Below, in pieces: positions 50,614 through 64,000 of a stretch of DNA of 64,000 nucleotides. This stretch comes from Lama guanicoe (Eukaryota), in contig MU053557.1 of assembly GCA_013239625.1 (NCBI GenBank), positions 69,063 to 133,062 on the forward strand. Direction: 5' to 3'. Positions within the stretch are counted from its first letter, which is position 1. Every line of letters starts with the position of its first letter. The notes beneath the pieces are model-generated. The model ran no database searches, had not been told where the DNA came from, and saw only the letters and a program-made list of their open reading frames with translations. A program made the position numbers and the translations under genes.

Positions 50614-51949
50614 TCTGTGCTTTTAATTGTATGTTAGCTATTTCTCAATTAAAAAGTAAAGTAAGTTTTTAAAAAAGGGGTTAGAAGAGGCGTTTATATG
50701 AGCAACAGGGGGAGTACCAAATCCCCCTAAGTGATGTGGATCAGAGGAGGCTTCTTAAAGGACAGACACCTAAGTATGTACAACAGCAAATAGATGTTTA
50801 TACATCTGAAGGAAGAGAAAAGATACCCAGAGATGAGAAGTCACATGTCCAAGATCACACTGCTGGCTGATGGCAGAGCTGGAAAGGAAACTCAGTGTTT
50901 TCACTCCTAACCCAGGGCTCATTCCCTAAACCACCCAAAAAGGAAAACTGGTTATTATCGAATGTCTTTCAGGCTCAAGCCCATTGCTCCATGTTCCGAA
51001 CTGTTACGCTTGAGTTACCAACTTAGGTTCTACCAATGGGAGGCAGTGGCAGAAAATTGGAAGACGGGAGGCAGGGAGAGCATGGTGCAGCATGCAGCTC
51101 AGTCCATTGCTCCCTGGTGTTCCAAGTGTCAGTGACAAACACGCATTAGAAGTCTGAGCACCAGCCCTGAGTGTCTCCTAGAGGCTCAAGTACTAGCCAC
51201 CTAGTGATCCCACTGAGAGGTCCCAGAGCCAAGCTCCTAATCCCAGAGGTTCGGCAACACATCCTGCTCAAAGGTTTGAACTGAAATGAAAACCAAACTT
51301 GTAATCTTTTCCCCCAAACAGAGCCTTCTTCCAGTCCTTCCAAGCTTGGTGAATGACAGGTTATCCAAGGAGTTTTCCTAGTACCTACCCCTCCCTCACT
51401 CCCTCGATCCAAACCAACACCAAGTCCTGGACATTCTACTTCCTAGAAGCTCCTGGATATGTTCACTTCTTCTCCCCACTCCCACCTTAAGCTAGACTAC
51501 CATGATCTGTCACCTGGACCTCCATGATCAACTCCTAACTGATCTGGCATTCACTCTGCCCACCCTTGTTGACTTTCCTTTCTCCTTTGATGTAATGCCA
51601 TTTTCAGCCACTGAGTCAGGAGACGATGTCTAGTCACAGCTCTGCTGGAGTCCAGTACAGTTCTGGGTAAGTCAGTTCATTTCCTTGTTTCTAGTTTTCC
51701 CATTATAAAACATCAGGAACTCTATATACGCCAATGTTTTTATGATCAAGGAAGGTTTTATAGAGGAGGTAGCACTGAACCTGGACGATGAAGGATGAGA
51801 AGGCCTTTGACTTGTGTTCATGTGAAAACTATGGTCCAAAGAATAGGTAACGCAGCCTTGTGCGTTTAGGAATAGCACAAAGATAGAAAATAGTCGACAA
51901 CAGTGTTATAAAGTTGATTTCCTGGGATACATGATGAGATGGCCTAGAA

Positions 51950-53130
51950 TAGTGCCCCTCCCCCAGCCTTCCCCATCTTATTAAATGGCTCCACCATCTA
52001 TGAAATGCTCAGTCCCAAACCTAGCTGTCATCTATGATTCCTCTATTTTTCCTACCAACCGCCATTCACTCTATCAGTAAGTTCTGTTGACACTATGGCC
52101 AACCCAGTCTAACTGCTTCCCACCTCCCACCTCTCTCCTCTGCTATCACGTAAGTCCATGCCACCATTGCAATGGCCTCTTAAGCGTGCTCTCTTCCGAC
52201 TTGTCCACTTAAAGTGCGTACATAAAGCAGCCAGACCACTCTTCTAAAAAGCCCCATCAGCTCATTTCTCTTACTTGCTTAAAACTCTCCTTTGGCTTCC
52301 TCCTGCACTTGGAATAAAATTAAAATTCTTTACCGTGACCTTAAAGGCCCAGAGTGATTTTCTCCTACTGTGAGGGCTGTGTTCTGCTGCCCAGACTCCC
52401 CTCCAGGACAAAAGGGCTTCTCCTCCCGGCTGTGGGGAGTACTACTGCCTGATGGTCCCCACCTCCCAGTGCTGGCAGAGAGTAACCCAGATCTGCGGAC
52501 TGCTCAGCGTGGCGACGTGAAAGCTGCGCCCCTTGTCCCAACACTGAAGGGCCATGCCCATTCAGAGCTCCCTGCAGGGTTGCCTGAAGTCTTCCTGTGG
52601 CTGCACCAGAGCTTCTCCGTCCACTCAATCTTACTTCCTCCTCTTCTCACTCAAGAGCCAGGGAACCCAACTGACAACAGCCCCCACGTGACTTGAATGC
52701 CAGGGTCCTCCTCCAACCCGATCACCTTGCTCTTCCTTCAGTTCCTACATCACACCATGCTCCCTCTGGCCTTGGGGCCACTGCTCTTCTTGTCTCTTCC
52801 CCCTGTCTGGGAGTCTCTTTCTGCTTTTGGCTGGTTAGTTCTTACTTTATCAGGGCTCCATTCAAAAGAGACTTCCTCAGGGAATTCATCCCCTTATCTG
52901 TCAGACAAGGGAAAGGGTTCCTGTTCCAAATATTCGCAACACCCTATTCCTTTTTCTGGCACTTCCCTCTTATGACATGTTAAAATCTGTCTTCCACACT
53001 AGAAGATAAGCTGCAGGAAGGTAATGATTTTGTCTGCTTTTTTCATTGTGTCTGCTTAGCGCTGAGCAGCCTGCCTTGCTTTAGTAGATGCTTAGCACAT
53101 TTACTTGTTGGTTGAGTGAATGAATGAACA
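51950..53130 (-). mobile_element. Fragmented L2
   Basis: cttccccatcttattaaatggctccaccatc...aaactctcctttggcttcc...; tail tttacttgttggttgagtgaatgaatgaa. Confidence 0.65.
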
Positions 53131-53589
53131 ATTTAATTTCCCTGTTTTGGCCCTCCGGGAAAGGCAGAAAGAGGAAATGACAAGGGTCTTCACGTAATTG
53201 TGGCTGACCACAGCCCGTTCTACCTACTGGTGAGGAAACAAAACAAAGCAAAGCAACAACAAAAAATACAAAAGCAGCAACTTGGAGAAAGTGTCTGGAC
53301 CACATCCAGAGTGAGAGCCATGAGTTCCCAGTCGGAGCGGCGGTCAGCTTCCAGCCAATGAGATAAGCAGAGTACAGCGGCCTCAGGCAAGCGTAGCAAA
53401 GTTCCTTCTCTGTGTCCAATGCGGAGCTAAGTGTGTCCCCAAACACGCAAAATGTGTCAGTTAAATTAGACTCGATTCAAGTTAAGGAGCATCTGTCTTT
53501 TCTTTTAATACTCCCAAGGTTTCTATCTTTACACTGAAATCTTCCGTCTTTTGGAATGTGATCTGGCGTTCAATGAAACAGCCAACTTA

Positions 53590-54250
53590 AAAAAAAAAAA
53601 AACAACATATGAAGGCCTAACTATGACTCAGAAATCTAGGTGCCATAAAATAAAGGATTAATAAATTAAAGCATGTAAAAAGTAAAGCCACTTTTGCATG
53701 GCAGAAATCACACGAGCAGAGAAAAAATTCAAAGGACATGTTGGGAAAGCATAGCAATTCAAATTACAAAGAATTTCTCTCTCTGATATATAAGGAATAA
53801 CTTGAAACCGGTAAGAAAAAGACCAACAACTGTGTAGAAAAATGGGCGAGGGACAGGTACCGACAGTTCACAAAGAAGGCAAAACAGACGGCATTTAAAT
53901 ATATGACAAGAGTCTCAGGTTTCCCAACAATGTTGAGACACCATTTTCTACGAATAATGTTGGCAGAAATCCAAGTGTTTGATCACCCATTCATTGGCAA
54001 GGCTATGCTTCACTGCTGGTGGAAATGGAAATAATAAACTCCTGGGGAGGACCGTTTGACAATATCAGTTAGCAATGCATGTGTCCTTTATCCCAGAAAT
54101 TCCACTTCTAAGAATTTATCCTCCAGTTGTACTGGTACATGTGTGAAGGGACTGTGTAAAAAGTTATTCATTACAGCAATTTTGTAGCAGCAACAGATTG
54201 GAAATAACCTATAGCACATTAATCAATGGGACATTTTACAGTTAATTTCT
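53590..54250 (+). mobile_element. Ancient L1 (L1ME-like) fragment
   Basis: aagaaaaagaccaacaac...gaaaaatgggc...cagttcacaaaga...cccagaaattccacttctaagaatttatcct. Confidence 0.65.
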
Positions 54251-54481
54251 AAGTAATGATTGGCAAAGAAGTTCAAACTGTATTGTTACCTGAAAACAAC
54301 AGAAAAAGCACAAGTGATATGGTAGCTACTGTTTATGCAAGGAAGAGGGAGAAACAAAAATACATATCATATGTTCAGACAGAAATATGTGGAATAACAG
54401 GAATTTTCCTTTTTTGGGTGGTATTGGGGGCATGGGGAGCAGGTAGAGACATTGGGAGGAGACTCTTCACTGAACATCTTT

Positions 54482-54571
54482 GAAAAATATATTAATTAAT
54501 TAATTAATTAATTATTAAATTGAAGTGTAGTCACTTTACAATGTTGCGTCAATTTCTGGGGTACAGCATAG
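54482..54571 (-). mobile_element. Very short L1 3'-end insertion with (AATT)n tail
   Basis: aattgaagtgtagtcactttacaatgttgcgtcaatttctggggtacagcatagt; candidate TSD tgaacatcttt 54471-54481 / tgaagatcttt 54572-54582. Confidence 0.78.
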
Positions 54572-55214
54572 TGAAGATCTTTTAATATTTAAAATTCCTG
54601 GACAATGGAAGACTTAATCACTGAATACTGCTTCTTTAAATTGTATTACCTATTCACAAATTAAATAGTAACGTGGAGAAGCAACTATGGAACACCACCT
54701 GGGTACCTCCCGTTCTCTGGGGCTGTGGAGACAGTAGCAAGTATAGCTCCTGTCTCAAGGAACTTGTAACTTACTGGGAGATTACATTTAATCACAGGGA
54801 GAAAGAGGAGAGTGCTAGAAAGACAATGACGATATCAAACTGTGAGGCGAAGGGACAAAGCGCTGATCAAGAGGATTAGGAACAAAGAAGGGAGGGCTTG
54901 ATTTTAAGAGGGTGAGTTCATAGAAAAGACACAAGGAACTAGGTCTTCAAGACTGAGCCAAAGTGGGAAGGCAGGAAATCTGATCAGGCACTGTGTAAAG
55001 CCCTTTTCAGGGGCTACATTCTTTAATCTTGACCCTGAATTTACCCTAATAAGACTGGTATGATTATCATCTTCACTTTGAGATGGAATGTGAGTTGTGG
55101 GAAGGTTCACAACCTTGTTCAAGGTCACTTAGCTAGTAAGTGGTAAAGCCAGGTTTCCTAAGTGCATCGTCCTTCAGCTGCTCCCTGTCCCCTCTTTAGG
55201 AAAAAAGAGATCAC

Positions 55215-58200
55215 CATTTTTACTGAGGCAGATTTTACATACAGTAAAATACAAAAATCTCAAATATTTGTTCAATTTGGTGAGCTCTGACAAATGAATA
55301 CACTTTCGTAACCAATACTCCCATCAGGATACAGAATGCTCTCATTACCTTAGAGAGTTCTTTCTTGCCTCCTTCTAATCAATCCCAACCTACTGTAGGA
55401 AACCTCTGCTCTGATTTCTATCACAACAGATTAGTGGTGTCTGTGTTGGTGAACATAACAGTACTGTGTTCATTTTTCTTGCTGAGTAGTATTCCATTAT
55501 ATGAGCGTACCACAGTTGGTTTATCTGTTCTCTTGCTGAATGACACTGAGTTGTTGACAGGTTTTGTATATTAAGAATAAAGCTGGTATGAATATTCTTG
55601 TATGGGTCTTTGTGTAGACATAACATTTTTATTTCTGTTGAATAAATACCTAGAGATGGAATTGCTGGGTTATAGAATAAGGGTATCTTTAACCTTATAG
55701 GGAATTGGCAAACAGACTTACAAATTGGCTATTCCATTTTGCAGTCCCACCAAAAATGTATGAGAATTCCAGCTGCTCTACATGCTTACCAAAATTTTGT
55801 ATTGCCTTTTTGATTTTAGCTACTCTAGTAGATACGAAATGATATTCATGGTTTTAATTAAAAATATCGAGTACTTTTCCATGTGCTGTTGGCCCCTCAT
55901 ACATCTTCTCTGTGAGGTATCCAATTCTTTTTGCCTATTTTAATTTTTTTGTTATTGATTTTCAATAGTTCTTTACATATATGGATACAAACCTTTTGTT
56001 ACACCTATACATTACAAATATTTCATCCCTATCTTTTGATGAGCAGAGGTTTTAAGTTTTCCTGAAATCTAATTTATCATTTATGATTAGTGCTTATTGT
56101 TAAGAAATCTTTGTTTATCCCAAGTTCATAAAGATAGTACCCTAAGTTTTTTTCCTAGACGTTTTCAGGTTTTGGGCTATAGTTTCAGCATTTATGTTTA
56201 GTTCTAGGACCCATTTAAAATTAATTTCTGTATATGGTATAAGTCTCAAAGTTCCTCCCTTCCTCCCTGCCTCCTCTCCCTCCATCCCTCCTTCCCTCCT
56301 TCCCTCTTTCCTATTAAGATTACTCAGTTTTTCTAGGACAAATCATTAAAATATTTTATTTCCCCTAATAAATTGCCAAGAGTTCTTTGTTGAAAATCAA
56401 TTGAAAACTATGTGTAGGTCTATTTCTGGACCTGTATTCAGATTAATCAATCTATTTGTTATCCTTATACCAATGCCACTCTGTTATGACTCAGGGTAAG
56501 TCTTCACAGTAAGTCTTGTAATCAGTCCTACAAATTTGTTATTCTAGTTCAAAACTGTTTTGGTTGTTCTAGGTTCTCTGAATTTCTATATACATTTTAG
56601 AATCATCACATCACTTTCCTCAAAAAACCTACTTGACTTTTATTGGGATTGCTTTGGATGTCTTTCAAGGAAAAACAAGTGTCTTCCAGGGAATTTGTCC
56701 AATTAATCTAAGTTGTCAAGTTTTATTGGTATAAAGCTGTTTTTAATAGTTTCTTATTGCCCTATAATATCTGTAGGCTCTGTAATGACACGCCCTCCTT
56801 TCATCCCTGATACTTGTGGTTTGTGTTCTCATTCTTTCTTCCTTAATAAGGCTTACTATAGGTGTATCAATTTATTAATGTTTTCAAAGAATAGGCTTTT
56901 TGTTGTGTTAAATTTTTCCATTGTGTGTTTTTCATTTCATTTCAATGCATTTTGCTCTTATATTTATTATTTCTTTCTATTTACTTTGGTATAATTTGCT
57001 CTTCTCTTTCTAATTTCTTAAGGTATAAACATAGATCACTAATTTGTGCCCCTTTTCTTCTTTTCTAATATAAATATTTGAATTTACAAATTTCCTTCTA
57101 AATGCTGGTTGACCGACATCCCACACATGCTGATATGCTGTATTTTCTTTAGCATTCATTTTGAAGTATTTTCTAATTTCCCTCACAAATTCTTCTTTGG
57201 TTCATGTATCATTTAAAAATGCATTGTCTGTAAATCTTTGCAATGTTCTCCTAGGGCAGTCTACCCAGGCGGTAGAAATAAAGTAAAAATAAACAAGTGG
57301 GACCTAATTAAACTTATAAGCTTTTGCACAGCAAAGGAAACTATAAACAAAACAAGAAGACAACCACAAAATGAGAAAAAATATTTGCAAATGATGCAAC
57401 TGACAAAGGCTTAATCTCCAGAATATACAAACAGCTCATACAACTTAATAACCAAAAAACCAAACAACCCAATCTCAAAATGGGCATGAGCTCTAAACAA
57501 GCAGATTCTCCAGTGAAGACATACAAATGGCCAATAAGCACATGAAATGATCCTCAGTATCACTAATTATCAGAGAAATGCAAATCAAAACTACAATGAG
57601 GTATCACCTCACACCAGTCAGAATGGCCATCATTCAAAAGTCAACAAATGATAAATGCTGGAGAGGGTGTGGTGAAAAGGGGACCCTCCTACACTGTTGG
57701 TGGGAATGTAGTTTTGTGCAGCCATTATGGAAAACAGTATGGAGTTTCCTTACAAAACTAAAAGCAGAGTTACCCTGTGATCCAGCAATCCCATTCCTGG
57801 GCATATATCCAGAGGGAACCCTAATTCAAAAAGATACCTGCACCCCAATGTTCATAGCAGTACTATATACAATAGTCAAGAAATGGAAACAACCTAAATG
57901 GTCATTGACAGATGTCTGGATAAAGAAGTGTGGTATATTTATACAATATTTATACTACTCAGCCATAAAAAAGAATAAAATAATACTACTTGCTGCAACA
58001 TGGATAGACCTGGAGATGGTCATTCTAAGTGAAGTAAGCCAAAAAAAGCAAGATGAATATATGATATCACTTATATGTGGAATCTAAAAAAAAAGATACA
58101 AATGAACTTATTTATAAAACAGAAACAGACTCACAACTATAGAAAACAAACTTATGGTTACCAGGAGGGGAAGAGGATGGGAAGGGATTAATTGGGAGTT

Positions 58201-59470
58201 CGAGATTTACAGATACTAACTACTATGTACAAAATAGATAAACAACAAGTTTATACTGTATAGCACAGGGAACTATATTCAGTATCTTGTAGTCATCTAT
58301 AATAAAAAAGAATATGAAAATGAATATATGTATGTATATGTATGACTGAAACATTGTGCTGTACAGCAGAAATCGACACAACATTGTAAACTGACTATAC
58401 TTCAATTAAAAAAAAGAAAAAAGACAAGAAAAGAAGAAAAAAGAAAAAAATACATTGTTTAGTCCCAAAATATTTGGGGATTTTTAAGATATTTTACTGT
58501 CATTAGGTTCTAACTTAATTTCATTGTGTTCAGAGAATATGCTTTTATCTCAATCTTTTGAAAGCTACTGAGACTTTTTTTTATAGTTCAGGATACGGTG
58601 TGCTCTGGTGAATGTTTCATATGCAGTTGGAAAGAATGTATATTCTGCAGTATATTCTTCCATTTCATATGGTCTATAAATGTCACTTAGGTCAAGGTGA
58701 TTAACAGCATTTGGATAGCCTATACACATCACTTGCTCTGCCAGTCAATTCCTGTCTACTTGTTTCAGCAGTTACTGAAAGGTGGAGGTCAAGATCTCTA
58801 GAATTGCGAACTTAGCTAATTCTGCCTTTAGTTCTGTTCACTTTTGCTTCATGTGTTGTGGACCTGTTTCTAAGTGAATGCACATTTTGAACTGTGTGTC
58901 TTCTTGATGAAATGATCCTTTTTTTTTATCATTATGAAATGTTTGTCTTTATCTCTGCTGTTACTCCTTATTAAGTCACCTTTGTGTGACACTATGTGGC
59001 CACATTAGCTTTCTTATGCTTACAGTTTGCATGGTGTATTTTTTCCATCCCTTTGCTTTTAACCGAACTTTATATTTAAAGTGTGTATCTTATAGACCAG
59101 AAATAGGTCTTGCTGTTGTTTCCAGTGTAAAAATCTCTGCCTCTTAATTGGAGGCTTAGGCTGTTTACTTGTAATGCAATTACTGATAAGCTTGGGTTGA
59201 AGTCTGCTGTCTTGTTATTTGTTTTCTATTTGTCTGTTCCTCTTCATTCCTCTGTTTGTTCTTTTCCATTTTCTGTTAGGCCAATTGGATATTTTAAAAT
59301 ATTCCGTTTAATTCCTTTATTGGCTTTTTAGGCTTTTTTTCTCTAGGGATTGAAAGAGGCATTTTCCCTACTGGCAGTCTATTTAGAATTAATACTGCAC
59401 AACTTCCTACAAAATGCTTAGAGAATTATTCTATTATCTCTGTGTTCTTTATGCTATTCTTGTTTTGTAT
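55215..59470 (-). mobile_element. Old L1 (L1M-type), fragmented and split by a younger L1
   Basis: gtagtattccattatatg...aaatacctagagatggaattgctggg...tctttgttgaaaatcaattga...gttggaaagaatgtatattctgc. Confidence 0.82.
57228..58445 (+). mobile_element. 5'-truncated L1 with an open 169-aa ORF2 C-terminal frame
   Basis: ORF 57578-58087 [21 protein letters not shown]...[18 protein letters not shown] (L1 Cys-rich motif); candidate TSD aaaaatgcattgt 57215-57227 / aaaaatacattgt 58446-58458. Confidence 0.94.
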
Positions 59471-59709
59471 CTTCCACCCAGCACATAGTAGGAACATTAT
59501 ACATATCCAATGAGTGAATGGATGGCAGGTCAGAGTAAAAGAGCTAAGTGAAGGGAAATGTCTCGTTATAACCTGCGTCACCGTTAGTCTTGCTGTGTTT
59601 CCTAAGTGCAAGGTTAGTGGTGTTCTTAAGGCTTCACTGAGATCATCATCACTCTCACTTAACTGCTTACTGAATATCTAAGGGGCGCAGCTGGGACAGA
59701 GCAGAAGGA

Positions 59710-60220
59710 ATAGTGAATTTAAGAGTCAAGACCCTTTGCTGCAAGTCAAAGAAACCCAAACTGGGTAAGTTAAAAACAAAGGAAAAGGCCAGGCCTTTAT
59801 CAGCTTTCATGAATGAGTTAACGAACGCTGCCTCCAGCAGCTCAAATGCTGTTATTAAGCTCTACACCTCTCTCTTCTCTTACTCTCTTTCTCTCTCCAT
59901 CTCCTTCTGTGTTGGCTTCACTCTCTCTGCTGGAGGTACACCCTCCCCACATGGCAGGAAGGATATTTTCTGGACACCCCAGGCCTCTATTTTTTCAGCT
60001 TGGCAGAGTTACAGATTTTGATTGACTCAGCTTAAGTCACATGATCTCTGAACCCATCACTACATACCAAGGAATGTGGTACTGGGATCAACAAAGACTG
60101 AGTCTTGGGCTCTCTGGCTACTTGGTCGGGATTAAACGATATTCCCAGCAGGGTTTCATGGAATGAGCGATGAATTCCTCAAAGGAATCTGAAGAAAGCA
60201 GATGGGAAGGTCTGATGTGT
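59710..60220. mobile_element. MaLR (MLT1-type) LTR remnant
   Basis: tgcaagtcaaagaaaccca...tctgtgttggcttcactctc...tgattgactcagcttaagtcacatg...tgaacccatcact. Confidence 0.6.
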
Positions 60221-62489
60221 AGACAAACCTGGTCACTCCAGGCTACTATGATCTAAAGTCCTGGCTCCACTATCCTTTCTATGACTTTAGCCAAATCACT
60301 TCCCTTCCTTAGCTTCGTTTTCTCATCTGCACAATCATCTCTGAGATGTACTGCATTTCTACTATGGATGTTCTACTATGGAACACTATAAGTGTTCCTT
60401 AAAAGTGGAATCAATACATTAAAGAAAATTCATATAATAAAATTCAACAGAGTACTGAAAGCGAATTCACTAAAGTGACATATTCCAACAGAGAGAAATC
60501 TCAAAAACATAATGCTGGCCAAGAATGTAATTTGAAAAAGGCTATGTACTATACCACTCAAATAAAATTTAGAACACAGAACAACAATATAAAAGCAGAA
60601 TTAATACAAAATCTGGGGACGTAGCCACTGCCATGTAGGGAGGGTTGGGAATGGGAGGAGGGAAGAGTACAGAGGGGGCTTCAACTCAGTTATATCTGTA
60701 ATGTTTCGCTGCTTAAAAAAGATATGAAAAAACATGGCATAATAGTGTGATCGATAAAGTTGAGTGGCTGGGGCATGAATATTTGTTCCTTTCTATGCTA
60801 AATTTTCTGTGTGCTTAAAATATTTCAAAATAACAATGCCAACAGCTTTCAATACAATACGGTTTACAATGTTCCTGGCATTCAGGGAATGCCTTTACAT
60901 AAATCAACTCATTTTATCAGTATATTAGTTATCTAGTGGACAGTATACAGTGTGATTGGAAAACTCTGAGTGACCACATTGGCAGGTGGTGACAGCCATA
61001 TCTAGAATTACGGGACATAGCATAGGAATGGAGGGTAAGAGCACCAGCCCGAGGCTGAAGGAAGTCTAGAAAGATTTCAAAGTGGAAAGAGATACCTCAG
61101 AGCTGAGCTTTAGGAAGGACAAGGGCAAACTGGGAATTGGAGGGAGGAGCCTAAAGTATAGAACCACCATGAGGCTGTCCAGCAAAGGGGAGGAGATGGA
61201 GGTGGTGGCTGACAGATGGACAGGTGGAGATGGACCAGCAGTCCGAGAACTGAGCTAAGTATTTCATATTTGCTTGTTTATGCCTCACCAGAGATCCATT
61301 AAGGAAGTATTATAATGTCCATTTTGTTGGTTAGGAAACTGAGACCCTATTGTCAAGTCTCTGAGGCCTGGCTCCTAATGGTGAATCCCTCTGCTTTAGA
61401 AGGAAGAAAAAAAATCTATGACATCTACCTTCTGTCAGCTCTTCTCAGCTTGCACAGTTTCTGAGAACTTCTCTGCAATGACCTGAAAAAAAATTCCTTG
61501 CTGCTAAATATAGACCAGCAAAATTACTCACTATTAGACAGTTCTCGCCTTAAAGAAAATCTACAGATAGATTCCTGGAATGGTGGAGTAGCAGAGAAAA
61601 TAGCCTCGTTTCTTTAAAAAGTAAATGGGACCATTAGAGGTGGCTAATGCATTAGAGCTTCACAAGGAGAGTTAACCCAGGTAAGACCGTGTGCATCTTG
61701 AAGTTTGCTTTGGTGGCGCTGTGCCTCTCTGCCCAAGGACTTAAAGGAAAAGAGATGATGTCTCCTAGGAGTCTTCCCTGGCAGTGATCTTCACCAGCTT
61801 TAATGAGGACCCGGGGCCAAGCCTGTGCGTGGATGGGTGGGACGGTGTCCTGCCCTCCAGCTGCGGATGACAACTTAGCGACAGATAACATCAGGGCACA
61901 GAGAACCTTCAGAACTTACGCTCATAAAATTAAGTTCCTGTCTGTTTGCCTGTCATCACATCACTGGAAACGGCTGGAGAGACTTTTACGGTATCTGGTG
62001 GGTACGTTTAGGACAGTCTGACATAAAACATAGGCTCTATGGAGAACACAGATATTCACTTTGGAAGTCTAGGAGGGCATTTCAAACAGGTGGGCAGTTC
62101 CCCTCCAGCACGCTTGAAACTGGATGGAGCAAGTCTGTGGGACCACCCATTGGGGGAAACATGGCATGACATAATAACACTATTAAGAAGAGCTAACGTT
62201 GGCTGAGTGCTTACTGTGTATTAAGATGAAGTGGACAGAGAACAAAAACAACGGTTTTATAGATGAGCCTCGAGAGGAAAGTCACCGACGGAAGATGCTC
62301 CCAACTACCAACACTTACTAGCAATGAGCTAGTCGCTCTGCCCAGGCCACACATACAGAGTGCGCCAGGATGAGCAGCAGCAGGAATTTACTGATGTCAC
62401 TGTATTTATTAATTGTCCCGAGCAATGTCAAGGAGTCACATTACTTCCTCTACGATCACCATCAACAATAGCCCCCATTTGCCATGGGC

Positions 62490-62650
62490 TTGTGACGTGC
62501 CCTGCGGTGAGCTGCATACTTTTGCACTGGTGACTTAGTCCTCATAACAACCTTTGAGGCAGGTACTAGGATGATGCCCCTGTTACAGAGATAAGGGAAC
62601 AGGCTGAGTAATGAACAGCTAACGTGTGCTGGGCTGTCACGATAAGGATG
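62490..62650 (-). mobile_element. MIR SINE
   Basis: tagtcctcataacaacctttgaggcaggtact...gttacagagataagggaacaggct. Confidence 0.7.
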
Positions 62651-63364
62651 AAATCTTTTTAAACCCCAATCAGGCACATGCAATGACGAATTTCTGGATG
62701 TTGCATGTGCTTGTAAGAGTTTTAACACAGGTATAAAAATTCACATATACTTATTCAATCCTGGATCACTTTCACTGAAAATATTAAAAGGAGATCAAAT
62801 TCACACTGTTCTTGGGAAAGTCTGGGTTGGAGGGTTACTGGTTGGGGGCCCAGAGTGGGAAACCATCCCTATCAGCGGGGATCAGGTCCTACCACCTGAT
62901 TCCTCCCTGGACCACTTCAACTCCATTCTGAGCATCTCTGCCCAGACCCCTGTGGTTTCCACGATTCCAGCCTCCTTCTGTTGCCAGTCCTGAAATTCAG
63001 ATCTAATCACATTCCTCTTCTGCTCAGAAACCTTTAATGGCTCATTATCTTCAGAATCAAATCCAAACTCCTTACCTCATCTCCTGGGGGCTCTTCTTGT
63101 CTGCTCTCAGCCTGCATAATCAGTCTCGATCCACCCTCACACCGAGGATAATTTTAAATATTCAAAAATATCTTAATACTTTAAATGAAAAATAATTTTA
63201 AAGATAAAAATAATTTTACTGAAAGAAAATAATTCTGGAATCCCTTTTATATTGGCGGTGTGCATCCAAGTTTAGAAAGTACACTCATGTACATTATGTC
63301 ATTTGATAAATTGCAGCAAACATACCAGGCCGGCAAGCAAGTAAGCATCCTTATTTTTAAAAAA

Positions 63365-64000
63365 ATAAACCTTTAAACTTATAATCAATTTAGATTAACA
63401 GAAAAGTTTAAAGATGGTGCAGAGTGTTCCCAACACCCACACCCAGTCTCCCCTATTATTTATATTTTGCCTTATGAGCTTGGGACATTTGACACATTTA
63501 TGAACCAGAATGGATATATTTATATCAACTGAAGTCCATACTTTATCCAGATTTCCTGACGTTTTACCAACTGCCCTTTTTCTGTTCCAGGATCCCACCT
63601 AGGAAACCACATGACATTTAGTTGTCACATCTTCTTAGGCTTCTCTTGGCTGTGAAAGTTTTCTAGACTTGCCTTGTTCTTTATGACCTTTACCCTTTGA
63701 AGCGTACTAATCAGGTATTTTGTAGCATGTCTCTCAATTGGGGATTTTCTAATTTTTTCTGATGATTATACCGAGGTGATGCATTTTTTGGAGGAGAAGT
63801 GCTTTTCTCATCCCAGCATAAGAAGGGTGCACAAGATCAAGATGGCTTGATGATCGCTATTGATGCAAATTTTGGTCACCTGGCTGAGGCAGTGTTGGTC
63901 AGGTTTCCCCCTTGTAAAATGACTCTTTTCCCTTCCTTTCCACATCACACTATTTGGAGAGAAGTCACATGCACAGCCCATGTGATGGTGGGGGAGTGAT
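63365..64000 (-). mobile_element. L1MC-like 3' end, runs off the window
   Basis: ctgttccaggatcccacctagga...catttagttgtcac...ccttgttctttatgacctt...ggtcacctggctgaggcagtgtt. Confidence 0.8.

Noticed and set aside
60380..60398. Inverted repeat ggaacac-tataa-gtgttcc as a GRE
   Set aside because: The hexamer half sites are 7 nt apart, not the 3 nt required for a GRE.
1..64000. CRISPR arrays, operons or a novel multi-gene system
   Set aside because: No repeat-spacer arrays or additional credible genes; the window is a single mammalian gene's 5' region plus interspersed repeats.

Overview
Mammalian (not microbial) genomic DNA containing the 5' end and upstream region of the glucocorticoid receptor gene NR3C1, transcribed on the minus strand. 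Probably a camelid: vic-1-like tRNA-derived SINEs are present, I saw no Alu, Bov-tA or PRE-1 elements, and the protein has the WRKK insertion I recall from pig/cattle GR. Coding exon 2 (N-terminal/AF-1 domain, 374 codons, open off the left edge, missing from the ORF track) starts at ATG 1123. A CpG island (~2780-6060) holds homologues of untranslated first exons 1H, 1C, 1F, 1B, 1E, 1J and 1D, an EGR1 site and a YY1 cluster. A distal exon 1A homologue lies at ~33061-34063. The rest is intronic/intergenic DNA with L1, L2, MIR, MaLR LTR, MER and SINE copies and simple repeats. I found no new multi-gene system. The best leads are lineage-specific changes in GR isoform and splicing control: loss of the GR-B start codon, altered S134/S141 phospho-motifs, remodelled exon 1A donors, a candidate new donor in the CpG island and a conserved uORF. 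All human/pig comparisons and repeat family names are from memory, not from a search, and repeat boundaries are approximate.
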